Part shown: one piece after another, positions 44,095-53,193 of the stretch
Layout: each line of letters opens with the position of its first letter
Numbering within the stretch: the stretch's first letter is position 1
The notes under the pieces: model-generated
The model's input: the letters and a program-made list of their open reading frames with translations, nothing else
Databases searched by the model: none
What the model was told of the DNA's origin: nothing
Position numbers and translations under genes: made by a program
Assembly (NCBI GenBank): GCA_963829055.1
Contig: CAWHHI010000016.1
Location: forward strand, 1,088,001-1,152,000
DNA length: 64,000 nucleotides
Reading direction: 5' to 3'
Origin: an uncultured Gemmatimonadaceae bacterium
GTDB taxonomy: Bacteria; Gemmatimonadota; Gemmatimonadetes; Gemmatimonadales; Gemmatimonadaceae

Positions 44095-44198
44095 GATACT
44101 CCAGGTCTGACGAAGCGACGCAAGACACCACATGCCGCTGCTACCTTCGGGGTCCTGACGGAGTTAGCGGGCTCACGCCCTTCGGGACCTGGAGCACC
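44095..44198 (-). ncRNA. ffs: Signal recognition particle RNA (small bacterial SRP)
   Basis: The minus strand carries the helix-8 motif CCGTCAGGACCCCGAAGGTAGCAGCGG. The terminal stem is GGTGCTCCAGGTC/GACCTGGAGTATC. It sits upstream of dnaX with a TACCTT -10 box just upstream. Confidence 0.9.
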
Positions 44199-44227
44199 GG
44201 GAAAGGTAGCCGGCCACACACCGCGAT

Positions 44228-45253
44228 TCAACCGCGTTCGAGCACTTCGCGAAGGATCGTTGCGGCCTCGTCGACCTGTGCCGGTGTGACATCGAGATGC
44301 GTGACCACGCGGATTCGCGTCGAAGTCCAGACGCTGACGAGCAGACCGCGCGCGGCCGCAGCGCGGGCGACGTCAGCCGCAGTCAACGGTGATCGCACAT
44401 CGACCATCACGATGTTGGTATCAGGCGAAACGACGTTCACCGTGGTGCATTCGGCCACCATCTTCGCGAACCGTGTGGCGTTCGCGTGATCCTCCACCAG
44501 CCGGTCGCGGTGATGTTCCAGCCCGAACAGTGCCCCGGCAGCAATGATGCCTGACTGTCGCAGCGCACCGCCGAAGCGCTTGCGAAAGGTCCATGCGGCG
44601 TCGATGAGACGGCTCGAACCCGCCAGCGCCGCGCCGACCGGAGCGCCCAACCCTTTGGAGAACGACACCATCACGGTGTCGGCGCAGGCCGCGTAGTCCG
44701 CGACCGCAACGCCCGTGGCAGCTTCCACGTTCCAGAGTCGCGCGCCGTCGAGGTGCAACGGAATCCCCACCGCACGCGCGACGCGCGAGATGTCACGCAG
44801 CGACTCGAGCGGTGTCACCACCCCACCTGCGCCGTTGTGTGTGTTCTCGACGGAGACGAGCGACGGCCGCGGCGCGTAGCGTGACGGTGGCCGAACGGCA
44901 CGCTCGAGGTCACGAGCGTCCCAGGTGCGGCCCGACGGGACAATGAACCGTGGCTGGACTCCTGTCAGCGCGGCTATGCCCGCCCCGGTCAGATTCACGA
45001 CATGCGCGTCACCGTCCACCAGTATCTCGGTACCGGGCACCGAGTGCACCGCAATCGCGGACTGGTTCGCCATCGTGCCGGTGGGAAAGAACAGCGCCGC
45101 TTCTTTCCCGAGCAGCGCCGCTACTCGCGCTTCGAGTCGGCGCGTGGTCGGGTCACCATCGAGGTGGTCGTCTCCGACGTCCGCGGCGGCGATGGCCTGC
45201 CGCATGGCGGCAGTTGGCCGCGTGACGGTATCGCTGCGAAGGTCAATGGGCAT
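44228..45253 (-). CDS. ltaE: Low-specificity L-threonine aldolase (PLP-dependent)
   Basis: IDLRSDTVTRPT, PTGTMANQ, ENTHN, HLDGARLWN and SFSKGLGAPVG. Confidence 0.9.
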   Translation of the reverse strand: MPIDLRSDTVTRPTAAMRQAIAAADVGDDHLDGDPTTRRLEARVAALLGKEAALFFPTGTMANQSAIAVHSVPGTEILVDGDAHVVNLTGAGIAALTGVQPRFIVPSGRTWDARDLERAVRPPSRYAPRPSLVSVENTHNGAGGVVTPLESLRDISRVARAVGIPLHLDGARLWNVEAATGVAVADYAACADTVMVSFSKGLGAPVGAALAGSSRLIDAAWTFRKRFGGALRQSGIIAAGALFGLEHHRDRLVEDHANATRFAKMVAECTTVNVVSPDTNIVMVDVRSPLTAADVARAAAARGLLVSVWTSTRIRVVTHLDVTPAQVDEAATILREVLERG

Positions 45254-45388
45254 CCCGGGAACCTAACGTTACAAGCGGCGGATGGGCGAGCGTGGCCGCA
45301 TCGCCACTCCCGCCCATCGCCCATCCCCACACCGGATGCGACGAGTCGCCTAACCAGTGTTCCGCGAGCCGCAGCGCTTCCAGCGCGC

Positions 45389-45634
45389 TTACGGCTTCGT
45401 TACGCGAACCTTGGGCACGGCCACCTTGGCCGAATCCTTTCGAACGTCGACTTTCGGGACGGCCACGGTCGTCGTGTCCTTGACGATATCGACGTCAGGC
45501 GTCTTGATGGTGGTCGTATCGGTCTTGACGTCGACGTTCGGCGTCTGCACCTGGAACTCGTTCTCTCCGGTTTTCTTGCACGCGGCCACCGCCGTCAGCG
45601 CCGCGATCGCGAGGGTCAAAGCTGTCTTCCGCAC
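45389..45634 (-). CDS. Small lipoprotein with repetitive beta-rich tail
   Basis: GGAGG RBS, VAAC lipobox and P-x-V-D-V/I-x repeats. Confidence 0.75.
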   Translation of the reverse strand: MRKTALTLAIAALTAVAACKKTGENEFQVQTPNVDVKTDTTTIKTPDVDIVKDTTTVAVPKVDVRKDSAKVAVPKVRVTKP

Positions 45635-45671
45635 GGTAGGCCTCCAGTTGAGTGCGAACGCTCAGCTGTAG

Positions 45672-45688
45672 GGCAACCTTTAGGCCAA
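45672..45688 (-). promoter_or_regulatory. Candidate sigma54 -24/-12 promoter of the small lipoprotein gene
   Basis: The minus strand reads TTGGCCTAAAGGTTGCC (GG-N10-GC), about 38 nt before the start. Confidence 0.5.
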
Positions 45689-45762
45689 GGGGAGAATGTG
45701 CTATCAGCTAACACGGAACCTCGGAGTCCCGGGGCGTTGAGCCGCGCTGATGGCTTCTTCTC

Positions 45763-46671
45763 TCAGTCTTCAAATGTTTCCCGCTGCAAACGCCTCACGC
45801 GGCGCAGCTCGTACACCTGCCCCACTTCCCCGCCGAGGATGAAGATCATCGCCGCGTAGTAGACCCAGAACACGATGATCACCAGCGCGTACAGCGTTCC
45901 CGTGTACACCGACCCCGGGTCGAACTCCGCGACGTACGCGGTGAACACGTTCTTCGCGAGTTCGAACATGGTGCTCGTGAACACCGCGGCGAGCAACGCT
46001 GTCTGCCAGCGGATGCGCCGGTTCGGCAAGAACTTGTACAGGCCGAAGAACATCAGCGCGACGAACGTGAACGCGACGAACCTGCCTAACACGTACTCCA
46101 CCGTGCCCATCACGTCCGCGCGGATGCCGAGCCGCTCGATGATCTGCACGCCGCGCGTCGTCGCGAGCGCGAGGTAGGCGCTCAGCGCGGTATACGCCAC
46201 GAGCAGCAGCGTCGACATGATCGTGATCTGAATGTCGAACAGCTTCCCGGCGATGATCCCGCGATCCGTCTCGATGTCGAAGACGTCCGCGAGCACGCTC
46301 CGCAGCGAGCCGAACAGGCGCGTCGAGAACCAGATGAAGCCGACCGCGCTGTAGACACCAACCGCGCCACGCGTGCGGATGATGTCGATGAGCATAGTGT
46401 GGACGGGGCTCTCGGTCGTCTCCGCGTGTGGCGGCAGCAGGCTGTCGATGATCGCGGTGACGTCGGCGAACGTCTGGTCCGCCGAATGATTGAGCAGCGT
46501 GGCGAGCCCCGACACGAGCAACAGCACGAACGGAACCGCGACGAGCATGATGTTGAACGCGATCCCACCCGCCAGGAAGAAAATGTTGTCTTCACCGGCG
46601 TTATCCCAGACACGCTTCGCGTAATCGCGAAGCGTCCAGGCAACCCGACTGAGGAGAGGACGTCGCGCCAC
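45763..46671 (-). CDS. YihY/virulence factor BrkB family membrane protein
   Basis: FLAGGIAFN, LYKFLPNRR, FELAKNVF, VYTGTL and WVYYAAMIFILGGE. Confidence 0.9.
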   Translation of the reverse strand: MARRPLLSRVAWTLRDYAKRVWDNAGEDNIFFLAGGIAFNIMLVAVPFVLLLVSGLATLLNHSADQTFADVTAIIDSLLPPHAETTESPVHTMLIDIIRTRGAVGVYSAVGFIWFSTRLFGSLRSVLADVFDIETDRGIIAGKLFDIQITIMSTLLLVAYTALSAYLALATTRGVQIIERLGIRADVMGTVEYVLGRFVAFTFVALMFFGLYKFLPNRRIRWQTALLAAVFTSTMFELAKNVFTAYVAEFDPGSVYTGTLYALVIIVFWVYYAAMIFILGGEVGQVYELRRVRRLQRETFED

Positions 46672-46694
46672 GCTACGGTCCGCGAGCGCCGAAG

Positions 46695-47171
46695 CTACCG
46701 GTCGGGCTCGTCCGACTCGAGGTCTGCGGGTGTCGGCAACGACGCCGGGCTGCCCGACCGCGCGACGTCGACGCCGGCGTTGTAGGCAGCCTTCGTTTCG
46801 GCGATCCGACGCTCGAGCTCATCGCGCGCCTGCTGCGCCGCCGCGCGACCCGCTTCCATGGCGCGGGACACCTGACGCTTCTTGAGGTCGATCGCCTGGC
46901 GCGCCGTATCGAGCCCCTGCTCGACGCGACCGCGTGCCTGCTCGAACGTTTCGTTCACCGACGTCGTGATATCGCCGGCCACATCCTGCGCCGCTCGCGT
47001 CGCGCGCCGAGCGCCCCGACGAATGCCCCGTCGAGTCTCCGCGCCGGACTGCGGCGCCAGGAGCAGGGCCGCGGCCGCACCGACCGCGACGCCGAGGAGG
47101 AACGCGCCCACTCCACCCGAGTGCCGTTCGATGATGACCGCTGGTTCGTCGTCGTAATCCACCCTACGCAT
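46695..47171 (-). CDS. YtxH domain protein
   Basis: FLLGVAVGAAAALLLAPQSGAETR. An AGGAG RBS lies upstream. Confidence 0.88.
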   Translation of the reverse strand: MRRVDYDDEPAVIIERHSGGVGAFLLGVAVGAAAALLLAPQSGAETRRGIRRGARRATRAAQDVAGDITTSVNETFEQARGRVEQGLDTARQAIDLKKRQVSRAMEAGRAAAQQARDELERRIAETKAAYNAGVDVARSGSPASLPTPADLESDEPDR

Positions 47172-47246
47172 AGCCTCTCCTCGTCATCTCGCGCCGCTTG
47201 TGCGGCGCGGGTCGTGATCGGTCACCAACGCGGTAAGCGAGATCGC

Positions 47247-48752
47247 CTAACGCCGCTTCTTCGACTTCGCCTTCGCGTGCACCTTCGCCGGCTGGGCGCG
47301 CTCGACTACTACCGCATCGCTCGGCTCGTCATCGCGGTTTGCCCCAGGCTCCTCACCATCATCCGCCGAAGCGTCCGCCGCGGTCGCACGTCGTGCTGCC
47401 TCGACGCGGGCGCTGACAAACCGCGAGAACTCATCGAACAGTTCGTCGCGCGTCATGCCCATCACCATTGCTCCGCCGTGATCGCCGTTGGACGCGCCAG
47501 CGCGATCGGTGGCGCGGCGACGTGGCGGCGACGACGGCGACCCGTACGCGTCGGTGCCCTCCGCGCCAGGCTGCAGATGGCGCGGTGCGATGTCGGCAAC
47601 CGTGATCACCGGTCCGGTGGCCATGATCACCGCGCGCTCGACGGCGTTCTTCAGCTCGCGCACGTTCCCCGGCCATCGATAGTTCAGAATCCACGACCAG
47701 GAGTCGTTATCGAAGCCGGTGACCTTCTTGCCATTCTGCTGTGCATAACGCGCGAGGAACTCGTTCGCGAGCAACTTCACGTCGCCGAGGCGCTCGCGGA
47801 GCGGCGGCAGAAAGATCTCGACAACGGCGAGCCGATAATACAGGTCCTCGCGCAGCTCTCCCTCGGCGATGGCCTTCTGCAGATTCCGGTTCGTCGCCGC
47901 GACGACGCGAATATCCACCGCAATCTCGCGCTTCCCGCCAAGACGCCGAATGGAACGCGACTCCAGCGCGCGCAGCAGCTTGACCTGGATATCGGGCGCC
48001 ATCTCCGCGACTTCGTCGAGGAAGATCGTGCCGCCATGCGCCATCTCGAATGCGCCCGCCTTCTCGTTCGTCGAACCGGTGAAGGCGCCCTTCTCGTGAC
48101 CGAACAGCTCGTTCTCGAGAATGTCTTTCGGAAGCGCCGCGCAGTTCAGCGCGAAGATCGGGCCCTTCGCGCGATCACTCTTGTTGTGAATCGCGCGCGC
48201 GACGAGCTCCTTGCCCGTGCCGGACTCGCCGAGGATGAGGACGCTCGCCGTGGACGGTGCGACGGCATCGAGGACGCGGTAGACGGAGCGCATGGCTTCC
48301 GACTGTCCCGTGAGCTCACCATAGTGCGTGAGCCCCTCGATCGTCGATGCGAGCTCCTTGATCTTCTGGCGATCGTTGAACTTGTCGAGCGCTTTCGGAA
48401 TGAGCGCCTTGAGCCGGTTGAGCTTCTCGGCGTTCAGGGGCTTCTCGATATAGTCGTAGGCGCCCTGCCGCATTGCCTGAACGGCGGAATCGACGGTCGC
48501 CTGGCCCGTCACGATAATGCACTCCGTCGCGATGCCGCGCGCCTGCAGCTCCTTGAGCAGTGCGAGACCGTCGAGCTTCGGCATCATGAGATCCGCGAGT
48601 GCCACACCGAACGTGTCGGTCGCCAAGCGGTCGATGGCCTTCTGGCCATCGAGGGCTACTTCGATTTCGTAGCCCTCGTCCGACAGGATGGCGCCCAGTC
48701 CATCGGTGATGGAGCGGTCGTCGTCAGCGATCAGAATCTTCGGCTTCTTCAT
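47247..48752 (-). CDS. NtrC-family sigma54-dependent response regulator with no recognisable C-terminal HTH
   Basis: REC domain (IADDD, DLMMP), GESGTGKE, ELFGHEKGAFTGS, FLDEV, REDLYYRL and WPGNVREL, followed by a low-complexity tail. Confidence 0.92.
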   Translation of the reverse strand: MKKPKILIADDDRSITDGLGAILSDEGYEIEVALDGQKAIDRLATDTFGVALADLMMPKLDGLALLKELQARGIATECIIVTGQATVDSAVQAMRQGAYDYIEKPLNAEKLNRLKALIPKALDKFNDRQKIKELASTIEGLTHYGELTGQSEAMRSVYRVLDAVAPSTASVLILGESGTGKELVARAIHNKSDRAKGPIFALNCAALPKDILENELFGHEKGAFTGSTNEKAGAFEMAHGGTIFLDEVAEMAPDIQVKLLRALESRSIRRLGGKREIAVDIRVVAATNRNLQKAIAEGELREDLYYRLAVVEIFLPPLRERLGDVKLLANEFLARYAQQNGKKVTGFDNDSWSWILNYRWPGNVRELKNAVERAVIMATGPVITVADIAPRHLQPGAEGTDAYGSPSSPPRRRATDRAGASNGDHGGAMVMGMTRDELFDEFSRFVSARVEAARRATAADASADDGEEPGANRDDEPSDAVVVERAQPAKVHAKAKSKKRR

Positions 48753-49363
48753 GAAGAGACGTCTGGAGTGGCGCGTGGATCGACTGCCGGAAAGCGAAGC
48801 TCGAGGAATCGTTCGCTCACGGCGATGCGCACGCCGTGTGCAAGCGCGATGGCAACGATCTCAGCATCGGGGAGCGGTGGTACGTGTGTCGCTCCCGTGA
48901 CGCGGAGAAAGATACCGTCATCGACAGCGATTTCGCACGAAATCGCGTCGCCGTTCGCGAGAGCGGCTAGCACACTGCGCGCCACCGCTGCCCGGACAAG
49001 CTCGACGGGCGCGCTCGTTCGCGCACGGCCGTCGCTCTCGTCAGTGATCCTGACCCCTCCTACCCCGCGCAACGCCACGAGTCGCGACAGGCGGGTCACC
49101 ACTGCCGCTACGTCCGCTGGCGCCGGCTCGGGCCGAGCAAATCCGAGGAGCGCTTCCGCTCCCGCAGTCGCCAGCTCGAACTGGGCCGCGGCGGTGGCGG
49201 CAAACGGCGCGATCGCCGCCGCCTCGGCACCGCGAGCCGATCGGCCGCGCACCACCTCGAGGTTCACCGCAACGCCGTTCAAGGCGTTGCGGAAGTCGTG
49301 CGCGACGTGGTTTGCCAGCGCCTGAAACGCTTCGGCCCAGAGCGCCGAGCCGCTATCAGTCAC
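48749..49363 (-). CDS. HisKA (DHp) protein with degenerate ATPase domain, putative histidine phosphotransferase
   Basis: H-box VAHDFRNALNG with no N, G1 or G2 boxes. It overlaps both the fba and ntrC-like genes. Confidence 0.65.
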   Translation of the reverse strand: MTDSGSALWAEAFQALANHVAHDFRNALNGVAVNLEVVRGRSARGAEAAAIAPFAATAAAQFELATAGAEALLGFARPEPAPADVAAVVTRLSRLVALRGVGGVRITDESDGRARTSAPVELVRAAVARSVLAALANGDAISCEIAVDDGIFLRVTGATHVPPLPDAEIVAIALAHGVRIAVSERFLELRFPAVDPRATPDVSS

Positions 49364-50783
49364 TCAGGTCCATGTCGTCTGGGGCGGCGGCGACGTTCTC
49401 GTACCCGGCCGTACCGGGCATCGGGCGATGCAACCGCACCGCTTTCACGTGCTCGCCTACCGCGGCTGCGGTGTTACCAACGGCGAGCTGCGTGAACAGG
49501 AACTCGAACTTCGCGTCGTAGGCCTTGGCAACGGCTGCCTTCACGTCTTCCGGCAGATCCCAGAGGCGCTGCTTGAACGGGCCGAGCGCTTTTTTCCGCG
49601 TCTTGTAGAAGAACTGCTCGTCCGTGTCAGCCGGTTTGCGCTCGTCCTTGGCGTTCGTCCTGAGCCAGTCGTAGATCTCCTGCCGAAGCGGCGCAGGCAG
49701 ATGATCGAACAGCATGTTCTGGAAGTTCGTCGCCAGGTGAATCTCGGCCGTCTCGGTCCGCGGGAAGTTGTGGAACGCCGTGTCTGGGAGCGTCGACGCG
49801 CCATGCTGGACAGCGCCCGAGAGCCCGTATCGTTCGCGGGCCTCTTTCGAGAGGCGCGCGAGCGTGTCGAGATCGAGCGCGACGTCCGCGATCGAGCCGT
49901 CCGCGAGGACGACGCCCCCATGCGACGTGCCGGACTGCACGCTGATCTTCGACAGACCGTCCGTGCCCGGCGGGCAGCGCTCGGCCAGCGTGCGGTTGAA
50001 GCCGTCCATGAATGCCCGCAGCTCTTCGACGGTGCTGTTCTCCGTTCCGACCTCGCCGATCTCGCCACCGACCGAGATCGTGACCCCCTTCGGCTGCAGC
50101 TCACGCACGTAGCGGGTGATGTCGACGCAGGTCTCGTAGTTCAGCCGTTGCTGCGCCGCGAGATCAGGTTTGGACAGGTCGACGAGCGTGGACGTATCGA
50201 CGTCGATGTTATAGAAGCCGGCCGTGATCGCTTCGAGCGCGAGCTGCTTCACCGCCGCCACTTCGCCGTTAGGGTCCACCGCGAACTTCTTCGCGTTGAC
50301 CTGGAAGTGATCGCCCTGGATGAATACCGGCCCGCGGAAGCCCTCGCGCAATGCAGCCCCGAGCATCACCGACACGTACTCGGCAGGGCGCTGGTCGGTG
50401 TAGCCGATCTCCGACCGGGCAATCTCGAGCAGGAACGCGCCGGCGTTGAGCTTGTTGGCGGTTCGGAAGATCGATCGCGCCGTGTCGTACGCGGCCCCAC
50501 GGACGTTGATGGCGGGAACCGTGAAGCCGTGAAGCTCTCCGCGGCCGCGCGCCATATAGAGCCCGTTGATAGAGGCTGCGCGCACGCCGACGGCCTCACC
50601 AATTTCCCAGATGAGCCATCGGGCGTAGTCCCGCTGCTCGCCGGTCGCGAACACCGCCTCGCGCACCAGGGCGTCCATCTTGGGCGACGCGAGATCTGCC
50701 TCGCGCAATACGGTGACGCGTTCGTTCTTGACGCTGATCGCATCGCCAAGCGGGGACGTCCGCGTCTTCACTTGCTCCGGCAT
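49356..50783 (-). CDS. Class II fructose-bisphosphate aldolase family protein (long form)
   Basis: TVPAIN, FIQGDHF, NIDVDTS, GGEIGEVG, GTSHGG, VQHGAS and IHLAT. Confidence 0.85.
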   Translation of the reverse strand: MPEQVKTRTSPLGDAISVKNERVTVLREADLASPKMDALVREAVFATGEQRDYARWLIWEIGEAVGVRAASINGLYMARGRGELHGFTVPAINVRGAAYDTARSIFRTANKLNAGAFLLEIARSEIGYTDQRPAEYVSVMLGAALREGFRGPVFIQGDHFQVNAKKFAVDPNGEVAAVKQLALEAITAGFYNIDVDTSTLVDLSKPDLAAQQRLNYETCVDITRYVRELQPKGVTISVGGEIGEVGTENSTVEELRAFMDGFNRTLAERCPPGTDGLSKISVQSGTSHGGVVLADGSIADVALDLDTLARLSKEARERYGLSGAVQHGASTLPDTAFHNFPRTETAEIHLATNFQNMLFDHLPAPLRQEIYDWLRTNAKDERKPADTDEQFFYKTRKKALGPFKQRLWDLPEDVKAAVAKAYDAKFEFLFTQLAVGNTAAAVGEHVKAVRLHRPMPGTAGYENVAAAPDDMDLSD

Positions 50784-50888
50784 GTGCCGCCTCGGGAGAA
50801 AGCCGACTACTCGGGTGATGTTCCGGGAAGCTGAGCGCGCTCGAGAGCTGAAGCAACCCCTGCGCCGCGTGTCAGCACAAGCGGCGTT

Positions 50889-51674
50889 TCACGACTCGTC
50901 AATGCGAATCGTGAGGCCGTCGAATGCCGGTGAAACGCCTCGCGGCAGCTCGGCCTCGAGATCCGCGTGGAAGTTGTCGTGCGTCAGATGCGTGAGGAAC
51001 GTGCGGTCGGCTCCGATCTCACGCGCTGCGCGCACCGCTTCCGGAATGCTCAGGTGCGTCGGATGCTCGGTCCGGAACAGCGCATTGATGACGAGCACCT
51101 TCGCGCCGCGCAGATGCTCCATTGCCGCGGGCGGAATCGTCTTCGCGTCGGTCACGTAGGCGAGCGGGCCAATGCGATAGGCGTACACCGTCATCTTGCC
51201 GTGCGGCACCGGCACCGCGGTCACATCGATGTCGCCGATCGTCACCGTCTCGTCGCCCGCCAGGGGACGCGCGTCCCCCTCCGGCTTCGACGTTCCCGCG
51301 ACGGGACGAATGTTGTCGTCGAAAATATACGGGAATCGCTTCGCGAGGTTCTCGAGCGTCGACGGTGGACCATACATCGGCAGTGGGGCGTCGCGCCTAA
51401 CGGTGATCGCGCGAATGTCGTCCACGCCGTGCGTGTGGTCCGCGTGGTCGTGTGTGAACAGCACGGCGTCCACGCGATCGATGCCGTTCGTCACCAGCTG
51501 CAGCCGCAGTTCCGGCGGCGTATCGATCAGCAGGCGCGTCCCGCGCTCCGTCTCGACGACCGCACCGACACGGGTCCGTCGATCACGCGGGTCGGCGGAC
51601 CGACAGCGGGCGCAATTGCACCCGATCTGCGGGACGCCGAAGCTCGTGCCGGTGCCGAGGAACGTGAGCTTCAC
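50889..51674 (-). CDS. MBL-fold metallo-hydrolase (PhnP-like)
   Basis: LGTGTSFGVPQIGCNC, THDHADHTHG, AYVTD, THLTH and AFDG. Confidence 0.9.
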   Translation of the reverse strand: MKLTFLGTGTSFGVPQIGCNCARCRSADPRDRRTRVGAVVETERGTRLLIDTPPELRLQLVTNGIDRVDAVLFTHDHADHTHGVDDIRAITVRRDAPLPMYGPPSTLENLAKRFPYIFDDNIRPVAGTSKPEGDARPLAGDETVTIGDIDVTAVPVPHGKMTVYAYRIGPLAYVTDAKTIPPAAMEHLRGAKVLVINALFRTEHPTHLSIPEAVRAAREIGADRTFLTHLTHDNFHADLEAELPRGVSPAFDGLTIRIDES

Positions 51675-53086
51675 ACGCGCTCGACGCGGAGCACGTTGGT
51701 GGTGCCGGGAACGTCGAAGGGTACGCCTGCCGTGACGAGCACGCGATCACCTTCCTTCGCGAGCCCGCGCGACAGCACGACGTCACGCGCACGCGCGACC
51801 ATCGCTTCGTAGGTCGCGCAGTGGGGCACGAGCTGCGGGATCACACCCCACACCATCGCGAGCTGGCTGTACGTGCGGGGAACGTCCGTCAGCGCCAGGA
51901 TCGGCACGGCGGGACGATGCGGCGGACACGATACGCGCGCTGGAGCCGCTCTTCGTGAAGACGATGATGATTGGAGCACCAAGCATCCGCTGCGCCGTGT
52001 CCGTCGCGGCGGCGATCGTTTCCTCCGTGGTCGCGATGATCTCAGGACCGATGTACCCGTCGCGCGCCCGCTTGAACGGATGCTGTTCGATCTCGGCGAT
52101 GATGCGGCGCATGGCCTGCACCGCGAGTCGCGGATACGCGCCGGCCGCCGTCTCGGCCGACAGCATCACCGCGTCCGTTCCATCGATGATCGCGTTCGCG
52201 ACGTCGCTGGCCTCGGCGCGCGTGGGCCGAGGATTCTCGATCATCGACTCCAGCATCTGCGTCGCCGTGATGACCGGCCGCCCGATGATGTTCGCGGACT
52301 TGATGATCTTCTTCTGAGCGATCGGGACTTCCTCGAACGGCAGCTCGACGCCCAGATCCCCGCGCGCGACCATCACGCCGTCGGACTCGCGCAGAATGCT
52401 CTCGATGTTCTCGAGCGCGGAGTCCTTCTCGATCTTCGCGATGATGAGCACCGGTCTTCGGCAGGAGCGCGCGCAGCTCGGCGATATCCGCGGCTCGACG
52501 GACGAAGCTCAATGCGACGTAGTCGAGTCCCTGCTCGACAGCGAACGCCGCATCGACACGGTCCTTGTCCGTGATCGACGGCGCCGAGACGTTGACGCCG
52601 GGAAGGTTGATGCCTTTGTGGCTCTTCACCTCACCGCCGTGTACCACGCGTGCGGTGACGCGGGGCGTCTCGACGTCCAGAACGACGAGCTCGATCAGAC
52701 CATCGTCGACGAGGATGCGGTCACCGACGTGTACGTCGTCGGCGAGCGCCACGTACGTGACCGGCATCTCGCCGGGCCGGGCGTCATGCTCCGGACAGAA
52801 GACGACGTCCGACCCCGGTTCGAGTAACCGTGGCGCGTCCAGATCGCCAATGCGGATGCGTGGACCCTGGAGGTCGCCGAGAATCGCGACCGGACGCTCT
52901 CGCTGTTTCGCCAGATCGCGCACGATCGCGATCGTGCGCGCATGCTGTTCGTGCGTACCGTGTGAGAAGTTGATGCGAGCGACATTCGAGCCCGGCGTCC
53001 ATGAGCGCGCCGATGGCCTCCGGCGTCGACGTGGCAGGACCGAGCGTACAGACGACCTTCGTGCGCGGTTGGTGGTTCGTGGGCAC
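51671..53086 (-). CDS. pyk: Pyruvate kinase (frameshifts near 52988, 52455 and 51925)
   Basis: [65 protein letters not shown] and GTTN are spread across consecutive frames. Confidence 0.93.
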
Positions 53087-53193
53087 GGAGTGATAGGAAA
53101 ACGATGGGGGAACGTCATCACGCGCGATGCGAAATGCACCGCCGGGCGGTCGCAGACTCTGAGAGTCGGCGACCGCGATGTCAGTGGCGCGAA

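Noticed and set aside
46695..47171. YtxH protein as part of the gas vesicle system
   Set aside because: YtxH is sometimes labelled 'gas vesicle protein' in databases, but this one has no GvpA motif and lies about 14 kb away next to yihY.
47121..50834. Long antisense ORFs (47121..49325 and 49428..50834; likewise 14141..15235, 37914..39473 and 42211..44489)
   Set aside because: These are shadow ORFs typical of high-GC DNA opposite well-supported genes. They are Arg/Ala-rich and have no recognisable motifs.
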